NCBI GenBank assembly: GCA_002269645.1
Contig: NIVC01002366.1
Span: forward strand, 116,251 to 180,250
Source of the DNA: Macrostomum lignano
Lineage: Eukaryota
Length of the DNA stretch: 64,000 nt
Direction: 5' to 3'
Position numbers and translations under genes: made by a program. Below are positions 48,752-61,700 of the stretch, piece after piece (positions within the stretch are counted from its first letter, which is position 1; each line of letters starts with the position of its first letter). The notes under the pieces were generated by a model that saw nothing but the letters and a program-made list of their open reading frames with translations, was not told the DNA's origin and did not search any database.

Positions 48752-50092
48752 ATGTTTTCCCTACTCCATAGGGTAAAGAATACGTCCCTAGACATCACAC
48801 TCATTCGCAGACTATTTGACGCGCTTGTTACCCCCGTTATCACTTACGGTTGTGAGCTCTGGGGCCCTCTGGCTACCATGTCTGATACAAAAGCTATTGA
48901 TAATATTCAGCTGAAATTCTACAAATATCTCCTCAATCTACCAAAATTTGCTAGCAACAGTGTGATATCATCAGAACTTGAGCTTACTCCAATCTCTCAA
49001 CGAATCGCTAAAACCTACCTCATCTACTGGCTGAAGATTAGACACAAAAAACTCTGCCAAACGACTCTAGAAATTTTCTACTCAAACACCAGCCAAAAAA
49101 ATCCATGGAAAACAAATGTACTAAAGAAACTGGAAAGTATAGACTTAAAAGCACTAACTGAAGATAAACTTTCCCAAAGCTTTAATAACGAGAAATACCT
49201 AGTGAAAAAGCACCTCAAGATACACAGAGAAAGAGAACTTAGCCAAAAGCTAGAGAATCAGCAACATATTAAACTCTACAAAAACGCCTATCTCTACAAA
49301 AAAATCTGCAGGCCCGACCTTTCAGATTACTTTCCATGCACTTTTAGAAACAAAAAATTCTTAACAACCCTCCTAAAACTGAAATGCGAAATTACACCCA
49401 ACATTTTCTCTCATGAAGCATGCAGACTGTGTGGAGCGAAATGGTTCCGATATCCTACACTACTTGACCGAATGTCCACAAACTGAAAAGATCAGAAAAA
49501 AATACTTCTGTCAGTACCTCTTAAATGACAAGCAAGTACACAAGTTAGGATATGCTACAAATGAAAAAAGAGTCAGAAAAGAGCTCACTGGTGTAGCTAA
49601 AATATATGAAGTCATGAATAGCTAAAACAGTTATGCAAACTGAAACAGACATATCAGCAGTGTAATAAATCCGCTTTTCTTTTGTTTATTCATTTACTGC
49701 CTTTTTAATTTCCTATTTAATTAGCATTTAATTAATATTTAATTAGTTTCCTATCTAATACCTATTTAAATTGTCGCTATTCGTTTAACGTAAATTTCTT
49801 TCGAAGTTCGTTTTTGTTCATTTTCGTTCGTTTTTCACGCTTTGAAATATTGCGCGCTTGCAAAATACTATATCTTTTTACAAAAAACGCTCTTTCAAAT
49901 ACCTTAATAATTTTACAAATATCGTAACTCGCATCGTAACTGGTGTAAAAATTTAACCTTTTGAACAAATTTAACCTTTTTAACTTAATCGTAATTAAAC
50001 AACTAATGCTAAAATAACTTAAATACACAGAAATATACTGGCCAAACAGGCTTCTTGCCTGAGCCAACTTACTACTACTACTACTACTACTA
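48752..50092 (+). mobile_element. 5'-truncated LINE: post-RT ORF2 region with CCHC knuckle, 3' UTR and (TAC)n tail
   Basis: LFDALVTPVITYGCELWG...IDNIQLKFYKYLL...ELELTPI...YWLKI is typical of the post-RT region. CRLCG/ANGSDILHYLTEC is split by a frameshift near 49438. The element ends CTTGCCTGAGCCAACTTTACTACTACTAC. Confidence 0.8.
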
Positions 50093-50254
50093 CAGACTAA
50101 CTTTCCTAAATCGCATTTTAGAAGAATCGTTTTGCATTAAGGTCATAGATAAGAGACATCGATTGTTTATTTTTCCCTGCTTAGTAGAATCTTGTCGTTC
50201 TGTCGTTAGTCGTTAGACGGCTGAAAAAAAGAAAAAAAAACCGTAAAAAATTCT

Positions 50255-50400
50255 AGACGCTCTTTCAAATATCTTACTTATACAAATATCGTAACTCGTT
50301 TTCAGCAATCGTGTAAAAATATTTTACCTTGTGAACAAATACTAAATACATCGTATAATATTGGCAAAACAGGCTCCTTGCCTGAGCCAAATTTACTACT
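50255..50400 (+). mobile_element. Second diverged short copy of the same LINE 3' end
   Basis: ACGCTCTTTCAAATA...CAAATATCGTAACTCG...AAACAGGCTCCTTGCCTGAGCCAAATTTACTACT matches 49885-50080. Confidence 0.7.
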
Positions 50401-51326
50401 AAAAAAAAGTAAGTATTTGGTGTCAGCAGCAGCATCCTACGACTTACAAATCAATCAATTTATTTATTTTCTCACCCCCACCTCAATGTGATGTGACCAT
50501 GTGATTTTTGCTTTGCTTTCATCACTTGCATTTTTTTCATTAGGGCTTAGCGGTAGGCCTAGCATCAGCTCTTTTGCCGTATTGCAAAGTAGAAAATGTC
50601 GATTGTCTATTTTCTAATCCATTAGAGAAATAATTAATAAATAACCTTCTTTGGAATTTGGATAAGCTAGCTTTTTATTACAATTGTGAGTTGGCCATTC
50701 CTTTATCTTGCCTATGCATTATCTTGTCTAATAATACTAACTAATACTAACCTAAATAACTCTAACTGCTAGGCCTACCTTATGTTATATCATTAGTTAT
50801 TTGTCAATCATTTACTATTTAGTATTTAGGCCTGTTGCTATTTTATTTTATGCTATTATATTGACTTTCATTGGCATTAGAGCAATGGATAATTTTATTT
50901 AAATTAAACTAATATATAGGGGCCTAGGGCAGGGCCCTACATGTTTTTCTGTAGTGTGTTCTAACATTCATACCAATTTTAAAATCTAGCTCAGGAAAGT
51001 TTTTTCATGGAAATAAGTTTTATTGAGTAGGCCATAGTCCAGATCATGGCAGGCATACCAGAATAAAAATTCATGTTTTTTTTCAATTTTATGCCAACAT
51101 AAAATTGAAAAAAAATTTATGCTGAGCCCAGAGTTGCTTACTTTTCCTTTGCAATTTTTTGCTAAAACTAATATTCTTTGTTTTAATTTAGTTCTTCTCA
51201 TAAATTTCAATAATATTTTTTATTTTAATTTCTAATTATTTTTAAAAGAGCTTTTACTGGTTGATATTTGGGTATTAGTCGTTTTGGTGACAAGTTGCTA
51301 TTGTGATAGACACACTTCATTTTCAA

Positions 51327-51622
51327 CATACATGCGCAACAGTCGGCCGAGTCGGCCGATCCGGCCGACCGATTTGGCGGCCAACCAAGGTAAGTCGCAA
51401 AAATGCCCACCCAAAAGAATCATACGTAGTACTAATTAGATGACGAGGCATTTAGCCCTTATAAGACAGTCATAGTTACTCCTGCCGTTTACCCAAAATT
51501 GCGTTAATTTTGCTTAAGGTTTCTTTCACAGGTAAGTCGCATTTTTGGCCAAAAACTACGTCGCATTTTTTGTTAAAACCAAGTCGCACGGCCGACCCAA
51601 TTTTGGAGGTTGCGCATGTATG
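51327..51622. mobile_element. hAT-type MITE, 296 bp
   Basis: 14-bp TIR CATACATGCGCAAC (51327-51340) / GTTGCGCATGTATG (51609-51622). 8-bp TSD ATTTTCAA (51319-51326, 51623-51630). Internal CGGCCG and GTCGCA repeats. Confidence 0.88.
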
Positions 51623-53429
51623 ATTTTCAATGAAAAATCAAAGATTTCATGAGTATTGTCATTTTAGTGATAAGAGGTGTTTCATAATATTTGGTTGTAG
51701 TTAGGCCTATTTTGTTAAGATTTATGTTTCGTAATATATTTAAAAAATTTCATCAAAAGAATATATTTAAGAAAAGAAATCAAACTAATTATATTGTTTT
51801 CTTCCTGTGCAGATTGTTTTGAATTGTCCCAGAGTATTCAGATACATAAACCATAAACCTATAGAGAATCCTCATGAAATGCAGACCACGAGAAAGGTAG
51901 AAATATTCATTCGTCGATGCTTTTGCATGTTTAAATTGGAAAACATAATTTAAAAGACCGCAACTCTATAATTGTAAATAAACAAAATTAAATATAGAAA
52001 TACTTAACTGTTTAAAAAATTATAAAATTTTAGGCTCAATATCCCTTAAGATTTTCTAAGTAATTTTCTGTTTAAAAACAGAATGGCTATAACTAAAATT
52101 GTACTTTTCTTGTCACTGAAAGGACTGTCACCGAAACAACTGTAATACTTGATATTTAATTACACAATTAAATTAGCCCTGATACAGATTTTTTGTATGC
52201 CAAGGGTGTATACTTCATGTTGAACCTGAAAATTCTATATATGCCAAGTGTATGCCAAGATTGTCAACGAGAGCAAAAATATGCCAGATTTTTCTGGCAT
52301 GAAGGCCACCTTCCAGACTATTGCCTAGTGTCTAGCCTCTCAGGCTAACTATTTTTATAAGTAAAGCAACATTTTACATTTTATGTTCAATGTTTTAAAA
52401 GTTTTTTTAAGTTTGCTTTTTGTGCCTAAATTATAAATTGGAATTAGTCAAATAGATTCTAAAATCTAAAACTAGGCCTTAGGCTTAGCCTATCTAAAAT
52501 TAAATAGGCCTACTTTATAGCACTTTTACTCAAAATAAAGAAATTATTTTTCTAATTTTATATTAAGCTGAGTATGCTTTATATTTTAAAAAGCTTTATT
52601 TTATTGAAATAAATTCAAATGTATAAAATATTATTTTATTTTATTATAATATTGAGGTGAAAAGCCTTTTTTTGATGGAATGGCAGCAAAGATTTTTGTG
52701 CTCCTTTGCGCATATATTTATATTTACACAAACTGCGCAAGATTCATGAGGGGCCTAGGGAGGTGCAAACAGGTGGCATGGCTAACCCCCCTGGCTTAGC
52801 AAGCCAGCTAGCCTAGTGCGCAACCACCCTACCTCAGCTAGACAGAGGTTGGGAATTTCCAGTGCAGCTGCACTGGTGCTGCTTGTTACGTACAGTCTAG
52901 CCACCACATAGCCCCCCCCCCCCGAGTATCAAGCTAGGCCCCAAATGTTGGGTGGTAGCTGAGGCAATGAGAGTGCTAAGAAGCAGATGCCAAAAGCCGG
53001 GTGCCGAAGACCATGGAGTTGCAAAGGAGTAGGTGCCAAAATCAGCCAAGTGCCAAAAGTAGCAGGGGTGCAGCCAGATCACACCTAAGGTAATTGACAG
53101 TTGCCACCATGAGCCAAGTCAATGCTCTTGCATAGAGGCTAGGGATGTTAGTCAAGCAATAGTGGTGCTAACCTAGAATTAGTTGCAACATGTGACACTG
53201 GTTGGTCCAATACAGGGGCTAAAAGGCAAGACTCCAGGAGCTACCAGGGGCAAGCTGACTGGGCCAATTTATGTTGCGGGGTATTGCTATGGCTGCTGGG
53301 CTGCGGTGCTGCTAGGCTGTGGTACTGCTGGGCTGTGGTGCTGCTGTGCTATTGTGTTGTTGTTGTAGTGGGCCAAGGCAGTTGGCTACCAGGACTGCAC
53401 AGGGCTGACCAGGTATTTTTTATTATTAC

Positions 53430-53660
53430 TAGAGGCAGGGGGCTTGTGTGCACCCTGGCGCACTTAAGCAACATAGGCACACAACCAGCAAGAGGCATTA
53501 CTGCCTATTCTGCCGACTTCCCTAAGCAAACATACAAGCGCAGATATGTACACATACACACTCTCACACAGGAGTGTACAGCGGCCCTAACTTTATATTA
53601 TTGTTAGGCATGTACACTTCACTGCGCCTTGGGGGGTTGGCTCTCAAGGCCATTAATTGC
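53430..53660 (+). repeat. Interspersed repeat copy related to 63856-64000
   Basis: Shared ordered blocks TGTGTGCACC(C/T)TGGCG, TGTACAGCGGCCCT(A/G)ACTTT, AGGCATGTACACT, GCCTTGGGGG. Confidence 0.7.
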
Positions 53661-55836
53661 ACGAGTAGAGCCAAGTGGAGATTCCAATTCAGCCCCAAAT
53701 TAATGTGACTACACTTGGAATCAAGTCTGGGTTGCTGGCTGACCAGGTAGGCCCAACGTTCCGTGCTGGGAGTTGGGCTTACCAATGCGGTGGAAGGCCT
53801 TTTTATTTCAATAGATAGAATGGCAGCAAATATTTTTGTGCTGCTTTGTGCAACCTAGCAACCCTAATATAAATTTTAGGAATAGCCTAATTAGTAATTT
53901 ATTCAAATATTTGTTTTCATCATTTTAAAGTCTTCAATTTTTATTGACATTTTTCATGTGTATTATAAAAATATTTTTTATTCTATTTCTTTAAATCTTT
54001 CTAAGAAAATCTAAAAAATTAAAGATTTTAATATTTGAATGACTTTTTGTTTCTTTTTTTCTTTTTATATTTTTATTATACTTTTTTAATTAGCTTTCTC
54101 ACAATTGGCACATATATATTTATTATATTGCATATATTTATATACCCATAGAGAAGGTTGTTAATGTATAATTAATTTGTTTTCACTAGTTATTTATAGA
54201 TATAAGCAAATAAATAACTATATGCATTTTATATTTCTTTTTTCCACATTAGTTTATTAGTTATATTATTTGTATCATTATTGTTGCTATATTTTTTTTA
54301 TTCTATTGCTTTTCTTCTCTACACTATGATGCCAAAACATCCAAAAAAATGTCTACTGAACATCCATATTGAACATCCACAGTGTGGCTATATACAGATG
54401 TTAAAACATCCATATTAATGGAACACCCATATTAAAACATCCATATTAATGTCCAAAAAAAGTCCAAAAAAACATCTGCAGCAAGGCTATATACAGCTAG
54501 ATGTTGCAAACATTATGGACCATAACATCCACAATTTTGGATGTTTTCAGAATGAAATAAAAAAACAAACTAATGCAAAACTGTTTTACTTTTAGATTTT
54601 TTACTATTTCAAAAAATGCATATTAATGACTAATTGCTGTGTGCCATCAATCAATTGAAAGCAAAATATCTTGCCTTTGTGGCAATATATTAAAAATCAC
54701 AATTTAACATTTTCAGCAATTCATGCAAAGCAGAAATAAAAAAATTAATAAGAAAAGCTGCAGCTTCCTGACCAAAAAATAAACCAATTTAAAGTTGCAA
54801 CAGAAAATTAGCATATTTAGATAGCTGTAAAACAAGTTTTGAAATGCAAAAAATGTATTTTGATATTTGTGCACAAATAAGCCTGCATAGCAAAATTACG
54901 TATCCAATAGAAAGTGGGACGTCTCCAATACGTAACTTTTTTGGTTGCAGGAACGTCCTTGATACGTATCCAATTTTTATGATCCTCTAAAGAAGCTCGT
55001 TTCTACAAAAATGGTGAACAGATAATGCTTGTAATTTTATTGATTATTTATTCAATAATCAATAAATAAATAATGGGTCATTATGCACCATGCAGGGGCG
55101 AGGCAATGTGGGGGAGATTTTTAGCACACATTTTGCTTCAAGAAATGTACAAAAATTGAAATCCGTATACCTATTTCCCCCAGTTGACTATGCACCTCTT
55201 ATATACGCATAACACTTAGCGGAACATGTCAATAACAGTCGCTGCCATATGGCGTGAAATAGATGTCCTACGACGCAACTTTGCCAGACCCTCAACTGCT
55301 TCGAAAAATGCTTCCAAGAGCGAAAAATACAATAAGGTCGAAGGCAATAAATGAGATGATAACACCAGCACAACTTCAGTAACATTGTCAAAAAATATGC
55401 GAGCCCCGTTGACAGAAACGCCGAGCCATTTTGTTCCTTCGCACAGGAGGTGGACAGGGAGGTCGCTGCGGAAAACTGTGCTTGGTTCCAGTTTCAGGCG
55501 TCCGAGGAGCAGTGAAAGCACCCTGGTGATTTTCTCCTCTTGAGTGTCAACGGCGTCTTGAAGGGGCTTGCAAAACTTGAAATCTTGAAATAGGAAAGAT
55601 TAAACCAGTTAGTTATGTTCTAGATAGAATAATCTCAAATTTGAAAACAAATTGGCACTAGAAGCATGTATAAACCAAGCCAGCAGTCACAAGAGAAGCT
55701 GCAAGTTTTTATAATATATGTAAGTGGTTCTTAAAGTAAATAAAAAATGGCAATTCTCAATAGGTATCTGTCATATTTAAATATATGATTTAATTTGTTC
55801 GCTGCCCCCCACCTGCCTTTCTCTTCAGCCTTAGCC

Positions 55837-56997
55837 ATGCTCTGCGAGCACCCAGTGGTTCTGTACACTCCCATGGCGATTCTGGTTGGCGCCTTTATAG
55901 CCTCGGGCCTGTACTACATGCTCACCAACCAGGGCCATCGCTTCGACATTGGCGCCGTCATTGAGGGCATCTCGCCCTACCTGTGGGCCAACCTGGGCGT
56001 CGGCCTCAGCATCTCCTTGTCCGTGGTGGGCGCGGCCAGCGGCATCTACACCACCGGGGCCAGCATCCTGGGCGGCGGGGTCAAGGCGCCTCGGATTCGA
56101 ACTAAAAACCTCATCAGCATTATCTTCTGCGAGGCTGTGGCCATCTATGGCATCATCATGGCCATTGTGATCTCCCAGATGATCGAGCCGTTCAATGAGA
56201 TGGCCGCCACCGAGCAAATCCGGAGGGCCAACTATCAGGTGAGGGGTCTGGTTAAGGGTACGGTCTCCTTTGATCTTGGAAGCCGCTGCGGCATCCTTTG
56301 ATCTTTGAAGCCTCTGTGGCATCCTTTAATCATTGAAGCCGCTGCGGCATTCTTTGATCTTTGAAGCCGCTGCGACATCCTTTGATCTTGGAAGCCGCTG
56401 TGGCATCCTTTAATCATTGAAGCTGCTGCGGCATTCTTTGATCTTTGAAGCCGCTGCGGCATCCTTTGATCTTTGAAGCCGCTGTGGCATCCTTTAATCA
56501 TTGAAGCCGCTGCGGCATCCTTTGATCTTTGAAGCCGCTGCGGCATCCTTTGATCTTTGAAGCCGCTGCGGCATCTTTTGATCTTTTAACGTCACCGCGT
56601 CGGCTTATGGTATATGGTATTTGATCCTCTGGCACTGGTGTGTGGTGCATCTCTATCTCACGGTTTTTCTTTTAATTTGATGACTCAATTGCATTGAAAA
56701 TGTTATTAAACTACTGTCGTTAGTAGTGCACAGACAGAACATTCATAAAAATCTATCGCGCCGCCTCAGGCCGGCTACGCGTTCTTCGCCGCCGGCCTCA
56801 CCGTCGGTTTCTGCAACCTGTTCTGCGGCCTCTGCGTCGGCGTTGTCGGCTCCGGCGCCGCTCTGGCCGACGCCCAGAATCCCACCCTGTTTGTGAAGAT
56901 CCTCATCGTAGAAATTTTTGCCAGCGCCATTGGCCTGTTTGGAGTCATTGTGGCCATCCTGCAGAGCTCCAACGCCAAGATGGGTGACAAAGTTTAG
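55837..56997 (+). CDS. ATP6V0B: V-type ATPase 21-kDa proteolipid subunit c'', 2 exons
   Basis: Exons 55837-56238 and 56770-56997. Motifs: [49 protein letters not shown] (essential Glu), [48 protein letters not shown]. Confidence 0.97.
56266..56585. repeat. 28-bp minisatellite with 84-bp higher-order structure in the ATP6V0B intron
   Basis: Units TTTGATCTTTGAAGCCGCTGCGGCATCC and TTTAATCATTGAAGCCGCTGCGGCATTC. Confidence 0.93.
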
Positions 56998-58723
56998 AGT
57001 CCCCGAAAGAGGTCGATGCGAGGTCATGACCTCTTGAACTCTTGGAATTCCAGCCTGTGCTGGGCTTGTCTTGTTGCTTCAGTTTTGCTTGTCATTCGTT
57101 ACTTTATTTGCAAAGCTACTAATAGTAGTTCGTACCTGAGTCGTGCATCTACTTAGTTAGCGCCGCAGTTTCCTCCCTACTGAGCGTTTATGATGTGTCG
57201 TTTCGTTGGAGATATGTTCCTGCATAATAATTATCAAACTGTTTATTGATTTTGTGTTAGACTTCATTTTTGCATCTTATTTTCTTTATTTGTTGCTTTT
57301 TGCAATGCCATTTCCGTGCAATAATAATTCATCTTATTTTGAATTCTCGTACTGCTAAGTCAATAAATAATAGCATCTATTTCCGCTGTCAATGTCTAGT
57401 CCTAACAGTAGTATAGAACATCGTTATTAGTTTTTTCCGTCAGGTACAAAATTTAGTATCTACATGTAGTTCGGGTTAGTGAATTTGCGAATCTCTGTTG
57501 TCCTTGCCGCTATACAAACTGATGTCCTATTCGCTCATGACTAACTAAAGTGTGTTATGCTTTTCTCTAATGCGTTATTAGTTTGTTTAAATACTTTACA
57601 AGTTAGTCAGGTTAAAGCACATTGTTGTTTTTAACATTTGACCTATTTTTTGTTGTCACTAATAAATACACCGTTAAATAATATCTGTTTTATTGTAAAT
57701 TTTTGTTTAAAAATGAGCAAAAATCTTCGAGTTGCGCTTTGATATTTTTATTTTGTTCGAAAAATTATTTATCTTGGTTGTTCAAACGTAGTGTGGCGGT
57801 CGGACAGACGCACCAAACTATCCCTCGAGCGTTCGCGAGTCCACCAACTTAAATATCTAGTATAAATTACATTAATAAAAAACTGTACAAACAAGCAGGC
57901 TACAATTGCTAGCAGCAGGAGCGTGAACCGAGGAAATTCCACTGGAGAAAATACTAATGTTCATGATGCATGTGTATGTGTAAATGTTGAATAAAATATA
58001 TTTTAAAAAACTGATGCAATCGATATATTCTCATTATTATTTTAATGGTTATGAGCATTGATCTTCAAAGTTCATACTTTTAATGAAAATGGTATACAGA
58101 TGCAATAAATGTTAAAAATTATTTGTTTTAATTTAGGTGAGCATGAAATGAATGGCTCTTGAACACCCAGTGGCAACGATCTTATCCATAGAAAATTTAC
58201 CAATTCGGTTCGATCATATCAGTATGAAAAACGTATCATCTGTCGTGCAGACGTGCGAGCCATCGGATAAGAAGCGACCGTAATGCGAATTAATAAACAG
58301 CGTTCTCTCAGATGCACGTGAGGATCAATTGACAAGCTAGAACGCACTAGAAACATTAAATTAAATAAAGTTAATATTAAATTAAACTTATTATATAAGA
58401 ATAAGAATATAGCCTACTTCTATCGTAGTCAAGTTAACAAAGAATCGACGGCAAAAGAATATATGATAAAGTGGCCTTTATAACAAATTTTACGCGGAAA
58501 AACCTTTATTTATGTGAACCTTTACTGACAACAGCTTTTAAAGGCATTCAATGTTAAACTTTAAGTTTGTTTTTAAGCGTTTTCTAATTTTTTTACCTGA
58601 AACCAGTCACTTAGATACAAAGATTCAGATATAATTCAGATTTAACTTGTAAAAGTTAGTTTCTCCAAATCATAAAATTAATTACATTGCTGAGGGCTGG
58701 AGAAATTTGGCACCAGACAAATT

Positions 58724-61700
58724 ATGTCACAGGATAACTTGGCAGAAAATAACGAGTTCAATGATGAACCAATTGAGAGGCTCAATTTAAGCAGCTCGTT
58801 TACTGAAAAAGCCAATAGTATTCAATCAGGGAGTAATTCAAAATCACAACGAAGTGATGGCATGGGTTCTACTGGACGGCAAAGTGATTCAGGTACATTT
58901 GATCATGGAAATTTTTCTGAAATACGTGGAAATATCGTGCTTTACTCTTTTAATATTTTTTCGAATAGGGGATATTATTATTAAGATTGTAATGTAAATG
59001 TCATTTACTATAGAATAATGGATAGTATTAAAATCGATCTTTATTCAGACAATCAATATAAAATTAGAAAAGTTGAGCCTGGAAATGAATAACTGACATC
59101 TGAACAAAATCAGCTTAGTCAATACTCTCAGAAAGAAAATGCATGTCAAATAAAAAAATGTTTTTAGATTGATTGACACTTCAGTAGCCTGATTGTATTT
59201 TTTATTTATAAAAGTTTCTTTTTAGTTGTATTCTGTACATCTTTGTCATTTTTGTACACAAATTAGTTTTTTGCTTTATGCAGATTAGACTTCACTGTTC
59301 AAATCAGAAACATTTTTTGTAGCTCATAATGAAAATACTTAAAATAATTTCAAGTGGAATCTAAATATTTACTTGTTTAACTTGTCTAAATATTTTAATG
59401 GTTAAAGAATCATTAATATTATTGAAAAAACAACAAGTTCATATAACAAAGTTAAAAAAATAAAAGAAACTTAACTTGAAAATGCAGAAAATAACTTTCC
59501 ACTAGAATGATAAATTGTGCAATTTATAATTGTAAAAAAGAAAACTTGAAAGATACCAGCTAGATTTGCTTCTTTTTCTGATGACGATTATCAATAGAAT
59601 TACGAGCCGTAAAAAAACAGGCGTTAAAATATCCATATACTAAAATGGTTTGTCGGTAGGTAGGTATGTGATAGATTTTAGAAAAAACGGGCCTCAACTG
59701 ATTTTCTTTAAACTTCTAGAAACCTTCCAAGAGTTTAATTGATCAAAGGATAATCAAAACTCAAGAATACGGGAACAAAGTGAGAAAAGATTGACAAATC
59801 CACGTTTTAGACGGCGTGCTCACAGAGGCGCTGATCGAGGAGTGCGAATGTCTCAGCAACCTCAACAAGACAGCGGACGGGACCAGCTATGCCTACCTAG
59901 AGCTCACTGCCTCCAGCCTCGGCCTCTGCGACATCAGCGTGCTGGCGGACTATGAGCAGCTCCAGGTGCGCTTATTGACCATTTTTGGGGACAGTCAAGT
60001 TGTTTGACAGGTTGTGAAAGTCGCACAACCAGCTGACCTCACCTGACCCCTTCGCCAGGTGCTGAACCTGTCGCACAACCAGCTGACCTCGCTGTCCGCC
60101 ATCTCCGGCCTCGTCAACCTGGTGCAGCTGGACGCGTCGCACAATCGCCTCCGGTCGGCCTTCGACTTTGGCGACGCTCTGGGCAACCTTCGCTCGGCGG
60201 ACTTGTCGCACAATGAAATCGCCGACCTGCCGGACATGACCGCCTTTGGCCGGCTGCGCGACCTTGACCTCAGCCACAACCGCCTGTCCGAAGTGCCGGC
60301 CAGCCTGATGTCCTGCGCCAGCCTGCAGCACCTCAACCTGGGCCACAACTGCATCGCCAGGCTGTGCAACCTGGACTGCCTGCCTCTGGCAACGCTGAAC
60401 CTGGAGCACAACAGCATCGAACGAATCGAGAACCTGGACTCACTGGACTGCCTCCAGAGCCTGGTGCTGTCCGCCAACCGCATCGAGTCGCTGGCCGGGC
60501 TGGAGGGCCTGCAGCTGCTGCAGATTCTCGACCTGGCCGACAACAAAGTGCTGGAGCTGCTGGAGCTCAGGTCAGCCTCTCCCAGCCCCACTCAGCCGAT
60601 CGAGTGAGAATTTAAGATCAAACATTATCTATTATCGTCTCGTCTCTCATCCTTTCAGACACGTGAAAGACCTCCGCCTGCTCAGGCAGCTGAACCTGGC
60701 CAGAAACCCGGTGCAAGACGTGCCCGACTACCGGCTGCTGGTGATCTTCGATCTGCCCAGGCTCACGCACCTGGATGGCCGGCGGGTCACCATCAAGGAG
60801 AAGGTAAGCACCGGCAGGTGGTCCTGCGTTCGAATCCTTGTGACCGTTCCAAGCTTCGTATGTTGACCAAACTGCTTAACTATATTTTGAAGGTTCAAGC
60901 GGAGAACCAGGAGAATCCGTCTATGGAGATTGTGGCCCAACGGGACCACAGGCTCAATCTGGTGTACTCTTACTTCCAGCCCCACTATGTGCTCGACAGG
61001 TGAGAATCTTTCTATTTCTAACTTTTTTCTGCGCGTAAGCGTGTAATACTTTTCTAATTTTAGTAATGTATGCAATTTCCGAAGATTGACCTGGTAGATT
61101 GACCTGGTAGATTGACCTGGTAGATTGACCTGGTAGATTGACCTGATAGATTGACCTGGTAGATTGACCTGATAGATTGACCTGGTAGATTGACCTGGAA
61201 GATTGACCTGGTAGATTGACCTGGTAGATTGACCTGGTAGATTGACCTGGTAGATTGACCTGATAGATTGACCTGGTAGATTGACCTGATAGATTGACCT
61301 GGTAGATTGACCTGGTAGATTGACCTGGTAGATTGACCTGGTAGATTGACCTGGTAGATTGACCTGGTAGATTCACCTGGTAGATTCACTTGGTAGATTC
61401 ACTTGGTAGATTCACCTGGTAGATTGCTTTACCTGGCAGACTCACCTGGTAGATTCACCTGGCAGACTTCTCTAATTGATCCCCGTGTAGACTCCCAGCT
61501 CGCCGCCCAATGCCCTCTCATACTCTTTCGCGACCCATCCCTGCCACCAGCACCCTGCAGAGCGCCGAGACCCCGTACCCGATGCTGGTGCTGGTTGGTC
61601 CCAACGGCTCCATGAAGAAGGACCTCGCCCAGCGGCTGGTCAGCGACTTTCCTGAATACTTTGGCTACGGCGTCTCGACGACAACTCGGCCGCCCTATCC

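Larger units (their letters stand above)
50450..54880. other. Second AT-rich, CpG-depleted block of decayed repeats
   Basis: Few CpG outside the embedded MITE. AGGCCTA is recurrent, and an ACATCC/ATGTCC motif array lies at 54330-54560. Confidence 0.7.
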
